Positions 36,235-50,859 of a stretch of DNA of 64,000 nucleotides are shown piece after piece. Numbering within the stretch: position 1 is the stretch's first letter; every line of letters begins with the position of its first letter. Under the pieces are notes generated by a model, which was given only the letters and a program-made list of their open reading frames with translations, made no database searches and was not told where the DNA came from. The position numbers and the translations under genes are program-made. The stretch is from the human T2T-CHM13v2.0 reference genome, Homo sapiens. The DNA is taken from NCBI RefSeq assembly GCF_009914755.1, contig NC_060936.1; one strand, 5' to 3'.

Positions 36235-38439
36235 ATCCTATGTGTAGCCTATTTCTCTCTTTTGTAACCCTTCAAATAACCACAGAAAATTATGTTTTGT
36301 AGCCACAAGTGTACCTGTGCTACTTTATATCTCACTGAGTTAGAAATGAGGTAGTGTTTCATAAAAGGGAGTGATGTACAGTTTGTTCTTCTTCAGGAAC
36401 TAGTAGAAAGAGCTAGTAAATCCTGATCAGCGCCAGAGAAAGAAAGAGAGGCATTATCTCTTCTAAAATAAACTTCCTTCTGGTCTTCCAAATTCTATTC
36501 TGTTTTTCTATAGGTGTGCCTTTATTAACTTTCTTTCAATATCGCTAAAAAAATGCCTTCTCAGCACCTACCTTTTGAGAAGTAATTACTGTTGCCCTTT
36601 ACTTCCAGCCATGGCAAGCAGCAGTGAAAGAAGGTGACAATCGGCCCTGGCTGGTCTGATTATTGCCTGACACCAGGGCCCCACCACCTTAATAAGGCTA
36701 CCTGGGTCAGAGTGACTGCATGTAATCCTCAAGGCAATAACAGTTAAGAAAGTTATTTACAAGGAACAAACATCTTATTATGAAGAGAAAACAGAAGCAA
36801 GAAAAGTGAAGTACATTTCCCAATTACAGACTCTCAGCCATTTTCTAAAAGCCTCCTGTCAGGTTTATAAATGTAATTGTTAAACAGCTGCTAAGAGTGG
36901 CAAACAAAATGTCAATAACAAGGATCAAATAATTCTTTCTTAAAAAATAAAAGAAGACAGAGGTCAGTCTCTGGTGCCAATCAAAGGCTCGAAAACAAGT
37001 TATTATTCCCTTGTAAATATAAGTTCATTTTAGTAAGGTTTCTCCCTACAGTCATAATTAGCTAACAGTATTGTCCTACAATTGAGATGTCTGGCTTTGT
37101 TAAATGGTGGCATGTGTTAGAATATGTGTACCACACATGTGAATTTTACATTACACATTTTCAGAAAAGGTGAAATCAATTTGTTATGTGGATGTTAGAC
37201 ATGACTCCAAATCCAGGCCAGTGTATTTATTAGTGCTGACATTTATGCATAGTGCCCAATTTCAGAATATTAGCAAAATTAAACTTAAACGATTCTAATT
37301 TATAATTACTTTCAATTCTCTTTAAAACTAGATCTGATAACCTTTGGAAGTTAGTGGAATAACTCTTCTTGAAGGTCTTTCACACTACTGCACTTTCATT
37401 TGGACTAGCTAATTAGGACAATATTTTTGTTTTAACTTAAAAATGTCCAACAGGCTGTATATTGGATGTCCGTATCTTAGTAAAAACTCAGACTGCAGCC
37501 TTTATTTGTAGTATCTTTTCCTCTCACAGGCATCATGGAGGAGGAATAATCTGATAAAGAAACAGTAAATGTATCAATGAGTTTGGATTCATATACTGGT
37601 GTTTTAAAATTCTAGCTTAATGAAAATATTTCAGTAATTACTCTTGCAAACCAAAAGCTAATTTTCATTTTTATCATACTTCATGTTTCCACATTTCATA
37701 TAATCCCTTTTTCTTTCCCTTCAGAGATATTGGGTCACTACATTGTGATGATGTGAAGGATCATGGCTCTCTTTGGTTTCTCAAAATTAATGCCACTGTT
37801 TTGACTGATTTTCCAGGGCAAGAAACAGGTGTTGTTCCTCTTTTATGTTTCATGTCCACAAAACATAGCGCATTACTGTGCATAGCACAGGCCCTTCATT
37901 GACAGTAACTGATGAATTCCAAGAGAGGAGGAAAGAGCTTAACAGTTTTCTTACCCTTGCGGGATGGATGAAAAAAAGCAGATGCTAAAGTATTATGTGA
38001 AGGCATAAACACTAACTTTTTTTTTTCAGGGAAACAAGAACGTTACTAACGAGAGAAATTAACATTTTATAACTGACTTGAGGCCCTTGACTATGAAGAC
38101 AGCATTTCTACTAAATTTGAGAATTCATATTCTTTAGTAATTGTAACAAGTAAATTTGCCACCTAGATTTTTATTGCTAATTCTTTACAAATACTTTAGG
38201 ATAGTGAGATTTTTATTTGACTTTATTGCTCTGTGCTGTTGATGTTTTTATAAGTAGGGAGACAAATGAGAAGAAAATGTATTTTGTGTTGGCTAAGTAC
38301 AGATATTGAGAAGGCAACTTAATGCTTTGTTTTCTTTATTCTAATCAGAAAATAAACTATTCCTTCCTTCAAATTTCAGCTCTATGTATAATATGATTAA
38401 GAACTCTGTAAAATTCTTGGAAATATTGCCTTAGAACCT

Positions 38440-38934
38440 TGACACAGACAGAATAACATCCCCTGAAAGATGCCATGCCCTAATCCCCAGAACCTGTGGA
38501 TATGTATGGCTACATGGCAAATTACAAGGAGAATTACATTGAAAGTTGAATTAAGGTTGCTAATCAAATAGCCTTAAAACAGAGAGATAGCATGGATTGT
38601 CCAGGTGCTTACAATGTTAACACAGGTCCTTACATGTGAAAGAAGGAGACAGAAGAGAAGATAAAATGAATGCGGTGTGGGCAGAACTGTACCTGATGTG
38701 TCTGACTTTAAAGATGTAGAATGGGGGTCGCAAGATGAGGGATGGGAAAACCTTTGGAAATGAATTCTCTCCTAGAACCTCCAGAGCGAGCATGTCCCTG
38801 CTGACATCTTGACTTTAAGCCAGTAAGATAATTTTGGAATTCAGATTTCCAAAACTATAAAAGAATAAATGTAAATTGTTTTAAGCCACCAGGTTTGCAG
38901 TAATTTGTTACAGCGGTAATAGAAAGGTAATATA
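38440..38934 (+). mobile_element. MLT1D-type LTR
   Basis: ccctaatccccagaacctgtg...ttaaggttgctaatca...taatttgttacagcggtaatagaaag. Confidence 0.8.
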
Positions 38935-41900
38935 AACTCTATCTCTCCTAGGTTGGTTTAATATCAGAACTCGATGCTATGTTCTACACCTTTAGTCATA
39001 TTGCTGTTCACATGATTTATTTGCTGGAAAACTTTCTAACAGACTGAAAAGGAGCCCCACAAATATAATGTTCATAATAATTTTGCAGTGTTTGTTTCCA
39101 CATTTTCTACAGACATTTCTACAGATCACCTTTCATGTGACTATAAGTCAAAATTAGATGTATCTCCAAGTAATTTCCCTCAGGCCACAATTAAACAATT
39201 AACAGCCACTTTTTTGACAATAAACATAAGCAGGTTTAGTAACTTAACATTTGCTTTATCAAGTCATTCCTGTGCCTATATCGAAGGAAATAATAATTGT
39301 GATCCTTCAAAAACGTAATGAAGAAACAGAAAAAGCAAAATCACATTATTAGTGATAATGTATGTGTCCCTTAAATGAAGTCCCACTCTGGTGTAGTTCA
39401 TTAATAGCTTGGGCCTTTGAGTATGAAAATACATTTAAACATTGGATGGGTCATTGGACCTAATCCTAAAAGTCCTTTTCCAGCACGCAGTTCAAAAACT
39501 CTATGATTCTCTGTTGATGTAGATCAAAGCACAGAATCAGGCTGCTTTCTTAAAATAAAACTTCTTATAAATATTCTTAAAAGCAAGGCTTCCTTTATTG
39601 CATTTGAATATTTGAAGTTAGGCTTAACAAAATCTCATTTACCTGGCATGCTTGCAGACTTGTTTTAAGGATAAAATTTAAAAAAAAAAATACACACACA
39701 CACACATTCCAAAGTCAGACACAGGTACTGATATAGAAAAGTCATTAGTTAAGCTTTTAAAAATATCTGGTTATTTCAAACATATAATACAATGCCATTG
39801 CTTAGCAATTTGATGAATGTAAGTTAATAATGGCTTCATGATTCAGAAATAATATTGTGAGCATTTGTTTATAAAAAAAGTATTACTTGCCTCTCCCAGG
39901 TATCACCATATAGATATCATTTGAAAAATAAATTATTTAACCAAAAGTTGAAGGAATCTTATCTGAGGTTGTTTCTTGCTCTCAATAAAATTATTTTATT
40001 TCCTCTTAGCAATACCTATTGATTTTTTAACAGTGGTCAAATATGTTCCTTATTACACATCAATACCTATTTAAAACTATAAAGGAATGTTTTAGTTCCT
40101 TTATATATATATAAATCAGTTCCTTTATATATAGATCAGTCATACTGATCCATGAAGACCTAGGAACCTCAAGCTCCTTTGCAAGACTGGATTAATTGGG
40201 AGCAGAGGCAGACTCATGATACAGGTAACATTCCTATACCCACCATTTTAATCAGGTAGCTCAGCTTTCTCTAGTTTATATGTTGGATTTCACTTTTTGT
40301 TGGAAGAAATGTTTGGGTACCACTGTCTTAAAGAACTTCATTGCAATAAAATTCACTTTCATATAGAATATATTATATAAAAGCACATTTCAAACCTATC
40401 GTAGACTGATGGCTATTCCTGGGCACATGGCTACCCAGAACAAAGACTTCATTTCCTAATCTCCCTTGCAAATAGGTGTGGTTGCATGACTAAGCTGTCA
40501 CTAAGAAAATGTAAATGGAAGTGGTGTATAAGAAGTCTGGATTATGTCCTTAAACTGCAGGATTGTGACCCTGATGAACCTATTTTCTTTATCTTACTGT
40601 TTGAAAGAGGAATTCTTGGAGCTCTCTCTACTTTGAAACTTTAGGATAAAGACCACATCAACAAATGAATCTGTAGATTACCACAACAGCCTTGAATTAC
40701 CTAAATTCGTACTTTCATGAGAAACAAACCTTCACCATGTTTGAGCTACTGTCACTTTGTGTTTCTATCACATCTATGAAAACCTAAATGCATTACCATC
40801 TTACAGGCTTTTATGCTATTCTTGATAAAGACTATTAAACCTAACTGAATTCTGGTAACTAGATACATAAATCAGATCTTTTATCTTTTGTTATTCATTT
40901 GTGTATTGACAAAGATAATAGTTATGTGAATAACATAGACATATGCTTGTCTGAAAATTATAGTCCTATAAATGTAAGTAGATTAAAAAGTGTTATAGCT
41001 TTCAAAATTTGTATTTGGTAAGATTGAGAGCTATCATCTAAGCTCACAAAAATAATGTATATTTTATAACACTGCTTTCAACTTAATTGCAATCACAAGA
41101 ATACTCAGAGATAACAAAATCAACTACCCTGAAGAAAAAATGTCTGAAGAATAAGCATATTTATAGCCCAACGTTATAATTAGTCTTTTAAGTAATGGTA
41201 AACAAATGTTTCTAAAAGCTTTTGAAGTGAAAAACATTTTAATCACTTAAGTCAGAAAACACCATTACCCTGCAGAATCAGAACTGGTGATAATAATAAA
41301 TTGAATTGTCTTGCTAAATTAGTCAGTGAGTATGAATGTTCATGATTCACTACTCAAAAGTAAAACACAAAAATGCCTTTGAAAGAAATCAACTTTCAGT
41401 AGTCAGAACAATAAAGTATTAACGCTGTCATCTAAATTAGGAACATTGAAGAAATTTAAGATGAAACCCAGCAATATAATAGATTTTTGCACAAAAGACT
41501 GATTTATGCACCAAAGACTGGTGAGAGGCACTAGAAGGAATGCAAGAAAAGGGACATTCTAAACACAACAACAAGGATAGAGTTTAGTTATCCTAGGGAA
41601 GGAGCTAAGGAAACCAGAAGCAAAGACATTCAAGAAATAGTAATTCAGGAATCTCAATGGAGATGAAAATCAAATTGGTTACTCAAGTACAGTTAGGATA
41701 CGTGAAACTCAAAAAGTCCAGGTGTTAAGATCACTCCAGGTGGCTGGCTAATCATTATCAGAGAGTGATAACAGATGGATCCGGGGGTCAGGAGTGAAAA
41801 ATGCCATTTGAGGTGAAGGCTACTAGGCAGACATGAGATTCCAGGCAGAAAACACAGTCAGTGAGAGCACAGAGGAATGAGGTGGATCTCAGTCATTAAG

Positions 41901-42002
41901 AACTTGGGATACGGGAAAAGAATCAAGTTTCCCAAGACATTTCTGGAATACCCAAGTTAATATTTGTGAGCTATGAGAGGGGTACCCAGTACTTAGTCAT
42001 GG

Positions 42003-42376
42003 TGATAGTGACAGGAGATAGACAAATTCCAAGGCAGACAGGGGCGGGTCTCTGGTAGGACTCAACCTTCAACCTGAGGACCGAGCTGCCAGTTTCAGAC
42101 AGAGTCCATGACTGGAGTGAGAACTTCTATCTCTGTCTTACCTACTCTCCTCTCTCTCTCTGAATTGGTTCCTTCTGGATAGTGCCTTTTAACCAATTGA
42201 GTGATGCTTTTTCCAAGACCACCCACGGACCAATCAGCATGAATGCCCCCATTCCAAGCTCATAATAACCCCGGACTCAGCCACACAGACAGCTACCATT
42301 TCAGATCACCTCTCACTATCGAGAACTTTTCTGTCACTCAATAAACTTCTACCCTGCCTTGCACATTCTCTGGTGT
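42003..42376 (+). mobile_element. MER50-like LTR (3'-truncated)
   Basis: tgatagtgacaggagatagacaaattccaaggcagacaggggcgggtc...caataaacttctaccctg. Confidence 0.7.
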
Positions 42377-45173
42377 GAAAGGTAAAGGGTACAAAACAGA
42401 TATACAGTGACTTAAAAATTTTATGAACATAAAGATGCATTAAAAATCGGAAAGGAAATATACAGTTTAGTAGACTAATGGATAGTCATTTTCTTATCTA
42501 AATTTTTATGTTATATATGTGCCTGTTTTATGCTAAAGGGAATACCTAAATTTATTTTTAAAATAAATTAAGTTTATGAAACTTTAAAATTTTACATTTA
42601 AAGCTTTAAGCAATTTCAGATGCAGAGATTAATAACTAATGAAATTTATAATATCAAAGAAGCAATCATAATTAATATCACCAGCAGAGTTATTAAGGTA
42701 AATCATATATAAAAGACAGAACTTGGATGTTATTTTAAAAAAAAAGAAAGGAAAACTAAAAACAGATCAAAGTAGAAACACTTTCTTTAGTCAATCCTTG
42801 GCAAAGAGGTTTCATCAATCTCTAATGAAGAGAAATTGGTATCAGACCCTACATAATAATTATGTACTTTGCTTTATATAATTATGTACAACCTTACTGT
42901 ACAATAATGTAGATTTAGTCACCATTATATTTTTGTTGTCTTCATAAAATTCTTTTTTTCACTTTTTTTTATTATTATACTTTAAGTTTTAGGGTTATAT
43001 AACCCTTTCTTGGTTAGTTTCAGCTAGATAACTAAATTGAATAAAATATATCACCTTTATAATTAAGATTCTGTTGTCCAAACAGAAAAATTGAAGTAAG
43101 CAATTTTCCTTATGGAATATTATTCTATTAAATGTCAACCCAGGATGCGTTTGATGCATAATACAAAAAAAGCTACTAAGACATCTCTGGAACATTTCAA
43201 AGTGTATTATCAACCAAAAAAATCTTCAAATTTTGGTTTAAAAAAAAACCCTCAAAGAGTAACCAGTTGACAGGAAGTCTGCTTATAAAGAAATGGAATT
43301 CCAGTTACTATTGATAATGTTTGCAATGCTAAATTCAGTCCTTTCTAGGAGACAGTTCCCTAACAGCTGAAGAAAACAACCTAAAAAAATAAAATAAAAT
43401 AAAATACGATCCACCTGTTCTGCTCTGTGAAGACATGCAAACCCATAACATATTCCTCCCTTTTGCTCTCCATGCCACAGTTGAAGTTCAAGATGTTTCC
43501 AGCCCTATTAAAGTCTATCCTTCTTGGATAACATGCTATTTTTTGATAAGCTTTGATAAGCTAAGATAAGCAATTTACCAGTTCATGCTGAGTTGTAACA
43601 GTTACTAAAGGGCTGCTTCTCAGGTTGTAGTGTTGCCTTCTGAGATACAAAATTCCTGAAGAGTAGAAAGATGAATTATTGGTGAATGACCCAGGCACTG
43701 ATAAGCAAGAATAATTATGATATTTTGGGAGAAAACTTTTGTTTGACCTCAAAATACTTCATACACCGTTTTAGGTAGGTCTCGCTGTGTTTAAGTGTCT
43801 GTCCTTTGCCATCATGAGGGATCAGAAGGATGCATTTTCTCTTGCCTCGCCATTCTGTGGATCACGATTTGCTGTAGAGAAAACATACATGATAACAAGC
43901 TTCCTTATAATAGGTAAATCTATAAACCCCTTTAGCTTCCCTGAAAATAAATAGAAAATGGAAAAAATATATTTCTAAGTTTTTGTATTTTTTGATAAAT
44001 ATTCAGTCTTCCCAAAATGTTTTGGAAAGATTGGAAAATAGAAAAAAAGCATACACCTTGAAAGCTTCAAATCACGGAGATAAAAAAGCTAAACAGGTCT
44101 AAGGCCATTTGAGGCAGAAAATGCTTTCAATCAGTTTCCTCACCATGTCATCAAATGTGACTTTGCCTTTAAGCAGTGACTTCTTTACACTCATTCTTTT
44201 AAACTTAAGTTTCTTAAAATAAAAGGCTTAGGTTTATTTCTAAATAGAAGGTTATGATGAATGAGGTGTTTTATTGTTTTTCTCAAAGTCTTTCAGTCTT
44301 CCTAAAAGAGGTCACTTTGTATTTTTATTTTCAAGATTTAATATTAAGCTAGCTAACATAAAATGAATCTTTCAACCACAAGCACAAATTATTTTCACTC
44401 TCTGGCTGTATTTGTTACAGTTTATCTTGTGAAATTAGGTATACTGCCAAATTTTAACATATAGTTGACAATAATGGAGTTTTTGACTAGTTCAGAGACC
44501 AGAACACAAATCAGCTAATTAAAAACCAATTAACTGACCTCAGTTTCTATTACTAATTTTTTTTTTGGCAGCCGTTGCCCTAGTCTGCTATGACCTATGT
44601 GAATGGAAATATATTTCCAAGATAATCACTCCCTTCTTCTGAGGATGAGGTTAATAAGAATGCCAATCTCTTAAGATTGTTTTGAAGATTAAGTAAGCAG
44701 AAGCATAAAAAAATTGTGGCACATGTAAAATCTCTTAAAGGTTAGTTATTATTGCCATTAGTAAATAAAAATAAATGGGAAGAAGAAACAATAAGCTATT
44801 GATTGGTAAATATGACATTATATTAACAGGTTACAGAAAAAATACACTCACAAACATATCTTCTCTAACCGTCTGAATAGGCCTATAATTGGAAAGTGCG
44901 AAACAAACAATGGGAAAAAAGCAGTAGCAGCTCATTAGAGGTAAGAATGTAATAAGAAAGACAAAGTAATTTTAATATGCTCAAGTATCCAAGTTCTTAT
45001 TAATTTTATAACAGATTAATGAAAGAACATTTATATACCATCTAGGAACATTTATATTAAAAGAAATCAAGAATATTAGGAGAACTGTTCGAATTTCCAA
45101 AATCAAGGTACTAGTAACTACTGGAAATGACAACCTCACTGTTGATACTTAGTAAATTTCTAGAATCAATTGT

Positions 45174-48100
45174 GTTTTTTTGCTGTTCTTTTTTATACTT
45201 TAAGTTTTAGGGTACATGTGTACAACGTGCAGGTTTGTTACATATGTATACATGTGCCATGTTGGTGTGCTGCACCCATCAACTCATCATTTAACGTTAG
45301 GTATATCTCCTAATGCTATCCCTCGCCCCTCCACTCACCCCACAACAGTCCCCAGAGTGTGATGTCCCCCTTCCTGTGTCCATGTGTTCTCATTCTTCAA
45401 TTCCCACCTATGAGTGAGAACATGCAGTGTTTGGTTTTTTGTCCTTGCAATAGTTTGCTGAGAATGATGGTTTCCAGGTTCATCCATGTCCCTACAAAGG
45501 AAATGAACTCATCATTTTTTATTGCTGCATAGTATTCCATGGTGTATATGTGCCACATTTTCTTAATCCAGTCTATCATTGGACATTTGGGTTGGTTCCA
45601 AGTCTTTGCTATTGTGAATAGTGCCACAATAAACATACGTGTGCATGTGTCTTCATAGCAGCATGACTTATAATTCTCTGGGTATATACCCAGTAATGGG
45701 ATGGCTGGGTCAAATGGTATTTCTAGTTCTAGATCCCTGAGGAATCGCCACACTGTCTTCCACAATGGTTGAACTAGTTTACAGTCCCACCAACAGTGTA
45801 AAAGTGTTCCTATTTCTTCACATCCTCTCCAGCACCTGTTGTTTCCTGACTTTTTAATGATTGCCATTCTAACTGGTGTGAGATTGTATCTCACTGTGGT
45901 TTTGATTTGCATTTCTCTGATGGCCAGTGATGATGAGCATTTTTTCATGTGTCTTTTCACTGCATAAATGTCTTCTTATGAAAAGTGTCTGTTCATAACC
46001 TTCGCCCACTTTTTGATGGGTTTGTTTGTTTTTTTTGTTGTAAATTTGTTTGAGTTCATTGTAGATTCTGGATATTAGCCCTTTGTCAGATGAGTAGGTT
46101 GCAAAAATTTTCTCCCATTCTGTAGGTTGCCTGTTCACTCTGATGGTAGTTTCTTTTGCTGTGCAGCTCTTTAGTTTAAATAGATCCCATTTGTCAGTTT
46201 TGGCTTTTGTTGCCATTGTTTTTGGTGTTTTAGATATGAAGTCCTTCCCATGCCTATGTCCTGAATGGTATTGCCTAGGTTTTCTTCTAGGGTTTTTATG
46301 GTTTCAGGTTTAACAGTTAAGTCTTTAATCCATCTTGAATTAATTTTTGTATAAGATGTAAGGAAGGGATCCAGTTTCAGCTTTCTACATATGGCTAGCC
46401 AGTTTTCCCAGCACCATTTATTAAATAGGGAATCCTTTCCCCATTCTTGTTTTTGTCAGGTTTGTCAAAGATCAGATGGTTGTAGATATGTGGCATTATT
46501 TCTGAGGGCTCTGTTCTGTTCCATTGGTCTATATCTGTGTTTTGGCACCAGTACCACGCTGTTTTGATTACTGTAGCCTTGTAGTACAGTTTGAAGTCAG
46601 GTAGCGTGATGCCTCCAGCTTTGTTCTTTTGGTTTAGGATTGACTTGGCAATGTGGGCTCTTTTTTGGTTCCATATGAACTTTAAAGTAGTTTTTTCCAA
46701 TTCTGTGAAGAAAGTCATTGGTAGCTTGATAGGGATGGCATTGAATCTATAAATTACCTTGGGCAGTATGGCCATTTTCACAATATTGATTCTTCCTACC
46801 CATGAGAATGGAATGTTCTTCCATTTGTTTGTATCCTCTTTTATTTCATTGAGCAGTGGTTTGTAGTTCTCCTTGAAGAGGTCCTTCACATCCCTTTTTA
46901 GTTGGATTCCTAGATATTTTATTCTCTTTGAAGCAATTGTGAATGGGAGTTCACTCATGATTTGGCTCTCTGTTTGTCTGTTATTGGTGTATAAGAATGC
47001 TTGTGATTTTCGCACATTGATTTTGTATCCTGAGACTTTACTGAAGTTGCCTATCAGCTTAAGGAGATTTTGGGCTGAGATGATGGGGTTTTCTAGATAT
47101 ACAATCATGTCATCTGCAAACAGGGACAATTTGACTTCCTCTTTTCCTAATTGAATACCCTTTATTTCCTTCTCCTGCCTGATTGCCCTGGACAGAACTT
47201 CCAACACTACGTTAAATAGGAGTGAGGAGAGAGGGCATCCCTGTCTTGTGCCAGTTTTCAAAGGGAATACTTCCAGCTTTTGCTCACTGAGTATGATATT
47301 GGCTGTGGGTTTGTCATAGATAGCTCTTATTATTTTGAGATACATCCCATCAATACCTAATTTATTGCGAGTTTTTAGCATGAAGGGTTGTTGAATTTTG
47401 TCAAAGGCCTTTTCTGCATCTATTGAGGTAATCATGTGGTTTTTGTCTTTGGTTCTGTTTATATGCTGGGTTACGTTTATCCCAGGCATGCAGCCCACTT
47501 GATCATGGTGGATAAGCTTTTTGATGTGCTACTGGGTTCGGTTTGCCAGCATTTTATTGAGGATTTTTGCATCGATGTTCATCAGGGATATTGGTCTAAA
47601 ATTGTCTTTTTTTGTTTTGTCTCTACCGTGCTTTGGTATAAGGATGATGCTGACCTCATAAAATGAGTTATGGAGGATTCCCTCTTTTTCTATTGATTGG
47701 AATAGTTTCAGAAGGAATGGTACCAGCTCCTTCTTATACCTCTGTTAGAATTTGGCTGTGAATCCAACTGGTCCTGGACTGTTTTTGGTTGGCAATCTAC
47801 TAATTATTGCCTCAATTTCAGAGCCTGTTATTGGTCTATTCAGAGATTCAACTTCTTCCTTGTTTAGTCTTGGGAAGATGTATGTGTTGAGGAATTTATA
47901 CATTTCTTCTAGACTTTCTAGTTTATTTGCATAGAGGTGTTTATAGTATTCTATGATGGTAGTTTGTATTTCTGTGGGATTGGTGGTGATATCCCCTTTA
48001 TCATTTTTTATTGCATCTATTTGATTCTTCTCTCTCTTCTTCTTTATTAGTCTTGCCAGTGGTCTATCAGTTTTGTTGATCTTTTCAAAAAACCAGCTCC

Positions 48101-50664
48101 TGGATTCATTGATTTTTTGAAGGGTTTTTGGTGTCTCTATTTCCTTCAGTTCTGCTCTGATCTTAGTTATTTCTTGCCTTCTGCTAGCTTTTGAATGTGT
48201 TTGTGTATTGGGTGCATATATATTTAGGATAGTTAGCTCTTCTTGTTGAATTGATCCCTTTACCATTATGTAATGGCCTTCTTTGTCTCTTTTGATCTTT
48301 GTTGGTTTAAAGTCTGTTTTATCAGAGACTAGGATTGCAACCCCTGTCTTTTTTTGTTTTCCATTTGCTTGGTAGATCTTCTTCCATCCCTTTATTTTGA
48401 ACCTATGTGTGACTCTGCACATTAGATGGGTTTCCTGAATACAGCACACTGATGGGTTTTGACTCTTTATCCAATTTTCCAGTCTGTGTCTTTTAATTAG
48501 AGCATTTAGCCAATCTACATTTAAGGTTAATATTGTTATGTGTGAATTTGATCCTATCAATATGATGTTAGCTGGTTATTTTGCTCATTAGTTGATGCAG
48601 TTTCTTCCTAGCCTTGTGGTCTTTACAATTTGGCATGTTTTTGCAGTGGGTGGTACCCGTTGTTCCTTTCCATGTTTAGTGCTTCCTTCAGGAGCTCTTT
48701 TAGGGCAGGCCTGGTGGTGTGAAAATCTCTCAGCATTTGCTTGTCTGTAAAGTATTTTATTTCTCCTTCACTTATGAAGCTTAGTTTGGCTGGATATGAA
48801 ATTCTGGGTTGAAAATTCTTTTCTTTAAGAAAGTTGACTATTGGCCCCCACTCTCTTCTGGCTTGCAGATTTTCTGCTGAGAGATCATCTGTTAGTCTGA
48901 TGGGCTTCCCTTTGTGGGTAACCCGACCTTTCTCTCTAGCTACCCTTAACATTTTTTCCTTCATTTCAACTTTGGTGAATCTGACAATTATGTGTCTTGG
49001 AGTTGCTCTTCTTGAGGAGTATCTTTGTGGTGTTCTCTGTATTTCCTGAAATTAAATGTTGGCCTGCCTTGCTAGATTGGGCAAGTTCTCCTGGATATTT
49101 TCCTGCAGAGTGTTTTCCAACTTGGTTCCCTTCTGTTCGTCGTTTTCAGGTACACCAATCAGACGTAGATTTGGTCTTTTCACATAGTCCCATATTTCTT
49201 GGAGGCTTTGTTCATTTCTTTTTATTCTTTTTTCTCTAAACTTGTCTTCTCACTTCATTTCATTCATTTCATCTTCCATCACTGATACCCTTTCTTCCAG
49301 TTGATCAAATCGGCTACTGAGGCTTGTGCATTTGCCACGTAGTTCTCATGCCTTGGTTTTCAGCTCCATCAGGTCCTTTAAGGACTTGTCTGCATTGGTT
49401 ATTCTAGTTAGCCATTGATCTAATTGTTTTTCAATGTTTTTAACTTCTTTGCATGGGATCGAGCTTTCTCCTTTAGCTTGGAGTAGTTTGATCACCTGAA
49501 GCCTTCTTCTCTCAACTCGTCAAAGTCATTCTCCGTCCAGCATCGTTCCATTGCTGGTGAGGAGCTGCATTCCTTTGGAGGAGGAGAGGCATTCTGATTT
49601 TTAGAGTTTCCAGTTTTCCTGCTCTGTTTTTTTCCCCATCTTTGTGTTTTTATCTACCTTTGGTCTTTGATGATGGTGACATACAGATGCATTTTTTGAG
49701 TGGATGTCCTTTCTGTTTGTTAGTTTTCCTTCTAACAGTCAGGACCCTCACCTAGAGGTCTGTTGGAATTTGCTGGAGGTCCACTCCAGACCCTGTTTGC
49801 CTGGGTATTAGCAGCGGAGGCTTCAGAACAACAGATAATGATGAGCAGAAATTGTTGCTGCCTGATCGTTCCTCTGGAAGCTTTGTCTCAGAGGGGTACC
49901 TGGCCTTGTGAGGTGTCAGTCTGCCCGTAATGTGAGTTGCCTCCCTGTTAGCCTACTTAGGGGTCAGGGACCCACTTGAGGAGGTATTCTGTCCGTTCTC
50001 AGATCTCCAGCTGCATGCTGGGAGAGCCACTACTCCCTTCAAAGCTGTCAGACAGGTACATTTAAGTCTGCAGAGGTTTCTGCTGCCTTTTGTTTGTCTG
50101 TGCCCTGCCTCCAGAGGTGGAGTCTACAGAGGCAGGCAGGCCTCCTTGAGCTGCGGTGGGCTCCACCCAGTTGGAGCTTCCTGGCTTTTTTGTTTACCTA
50201 CTCAAGCCTTGGCAGTGGCAGGTGCCCCTCCCCCAGCCTCACTGCCACTTTGCAGTTTGATCTCAGACTGCTGTGCTAGCAATGAGCGAGGCTCCGTGGG
50301 CATAGGACCCTCTGAGCCAGGCACAGGATATAATCTCCTGATGTGCCATTTACTAAGACCATTGGAAAAGCCCAATATTAGGCCAGGAGTGACCCAATTT
50401 TCCAGGTGACGTCTGTCACCCCATCTTTGACTAGGAAAGGGAATTCCCTGAACTGTTGCACTTCCCAGGTGAGGCGATGCCTCACCCTGCTTTGGCTCAG
50501 GGTTGTTGTACTGTACCCACTGTCCTGCACCCAGTTTCCAACACTCCCCAGTGAGATGAACCCAGTACCACAGTTGGAAATGCAGAAATCACCCATCTTC
50601 TGCATCACTCATGCTGGGAGCTGTAGACTGGAGCTGTTCTTATTTGGTCATCTTGGCTCCACCC
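45174..50664 (-). mobile_element. L1PA4-like LINE-1 with complete 5' end and ~620-bp internal deletion (junction 48203/48204)
   Basis: 5' end gggtggagccaagatgacc; ORF1/ORF2 fragments on minus strand; 3' UTR ttaaatgatgag...accctaaaacttaaag; TSD ctagaatcaattgt at 45160-45173 and 50860-50873. Confidence 0.95.
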
Positions 50665-50859
50665 ATGACATATTTTAATGCCTGAAAACAAGTAGTGAAA
50701 TTGAATGAGACAAGAAAGCTAAGGGATTTTCCTGAAATGTCCTTGAGGAGTAGGAATGGGAGGAGTGTTGGCCAGTGATGCTCAAACTTTAATATGCATC
50801 AGAATCACTTGGAGGGCTTGTTAAAACACAGAATCCTGGTCCCACTCCCTGAGTTTCTC
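50665..50859 (-). other. 5'-transduced flank of the L1 (unique sequence plus half MER5A, ~50773-50858)
   Basis: Lies inside the L1 TSD pair; cagtgatgctcaaactttaatatgcatcagaatcacttggagggcttgttaaaacacag is MER5A and stops abruptly at the TSD. Confidence 0.8.

Noticed and set aside
36643-36680. Short hairpin ggccctgg...ccagggcc
   Set aside because: An 8-bp stem is within chance expectation for 64 kb
40094-40150. Short tandem duplication agttcctttatatata and a small inverted repeat
   Set aside because: Ordinary slippage around a (TA)n run
43745-43890. Possible minus-strand exon (ttttctctacag acceptor, several CpGs retained)
   Set aside because: No recognisable translation and a weak donor; cannot be supported without RNA data
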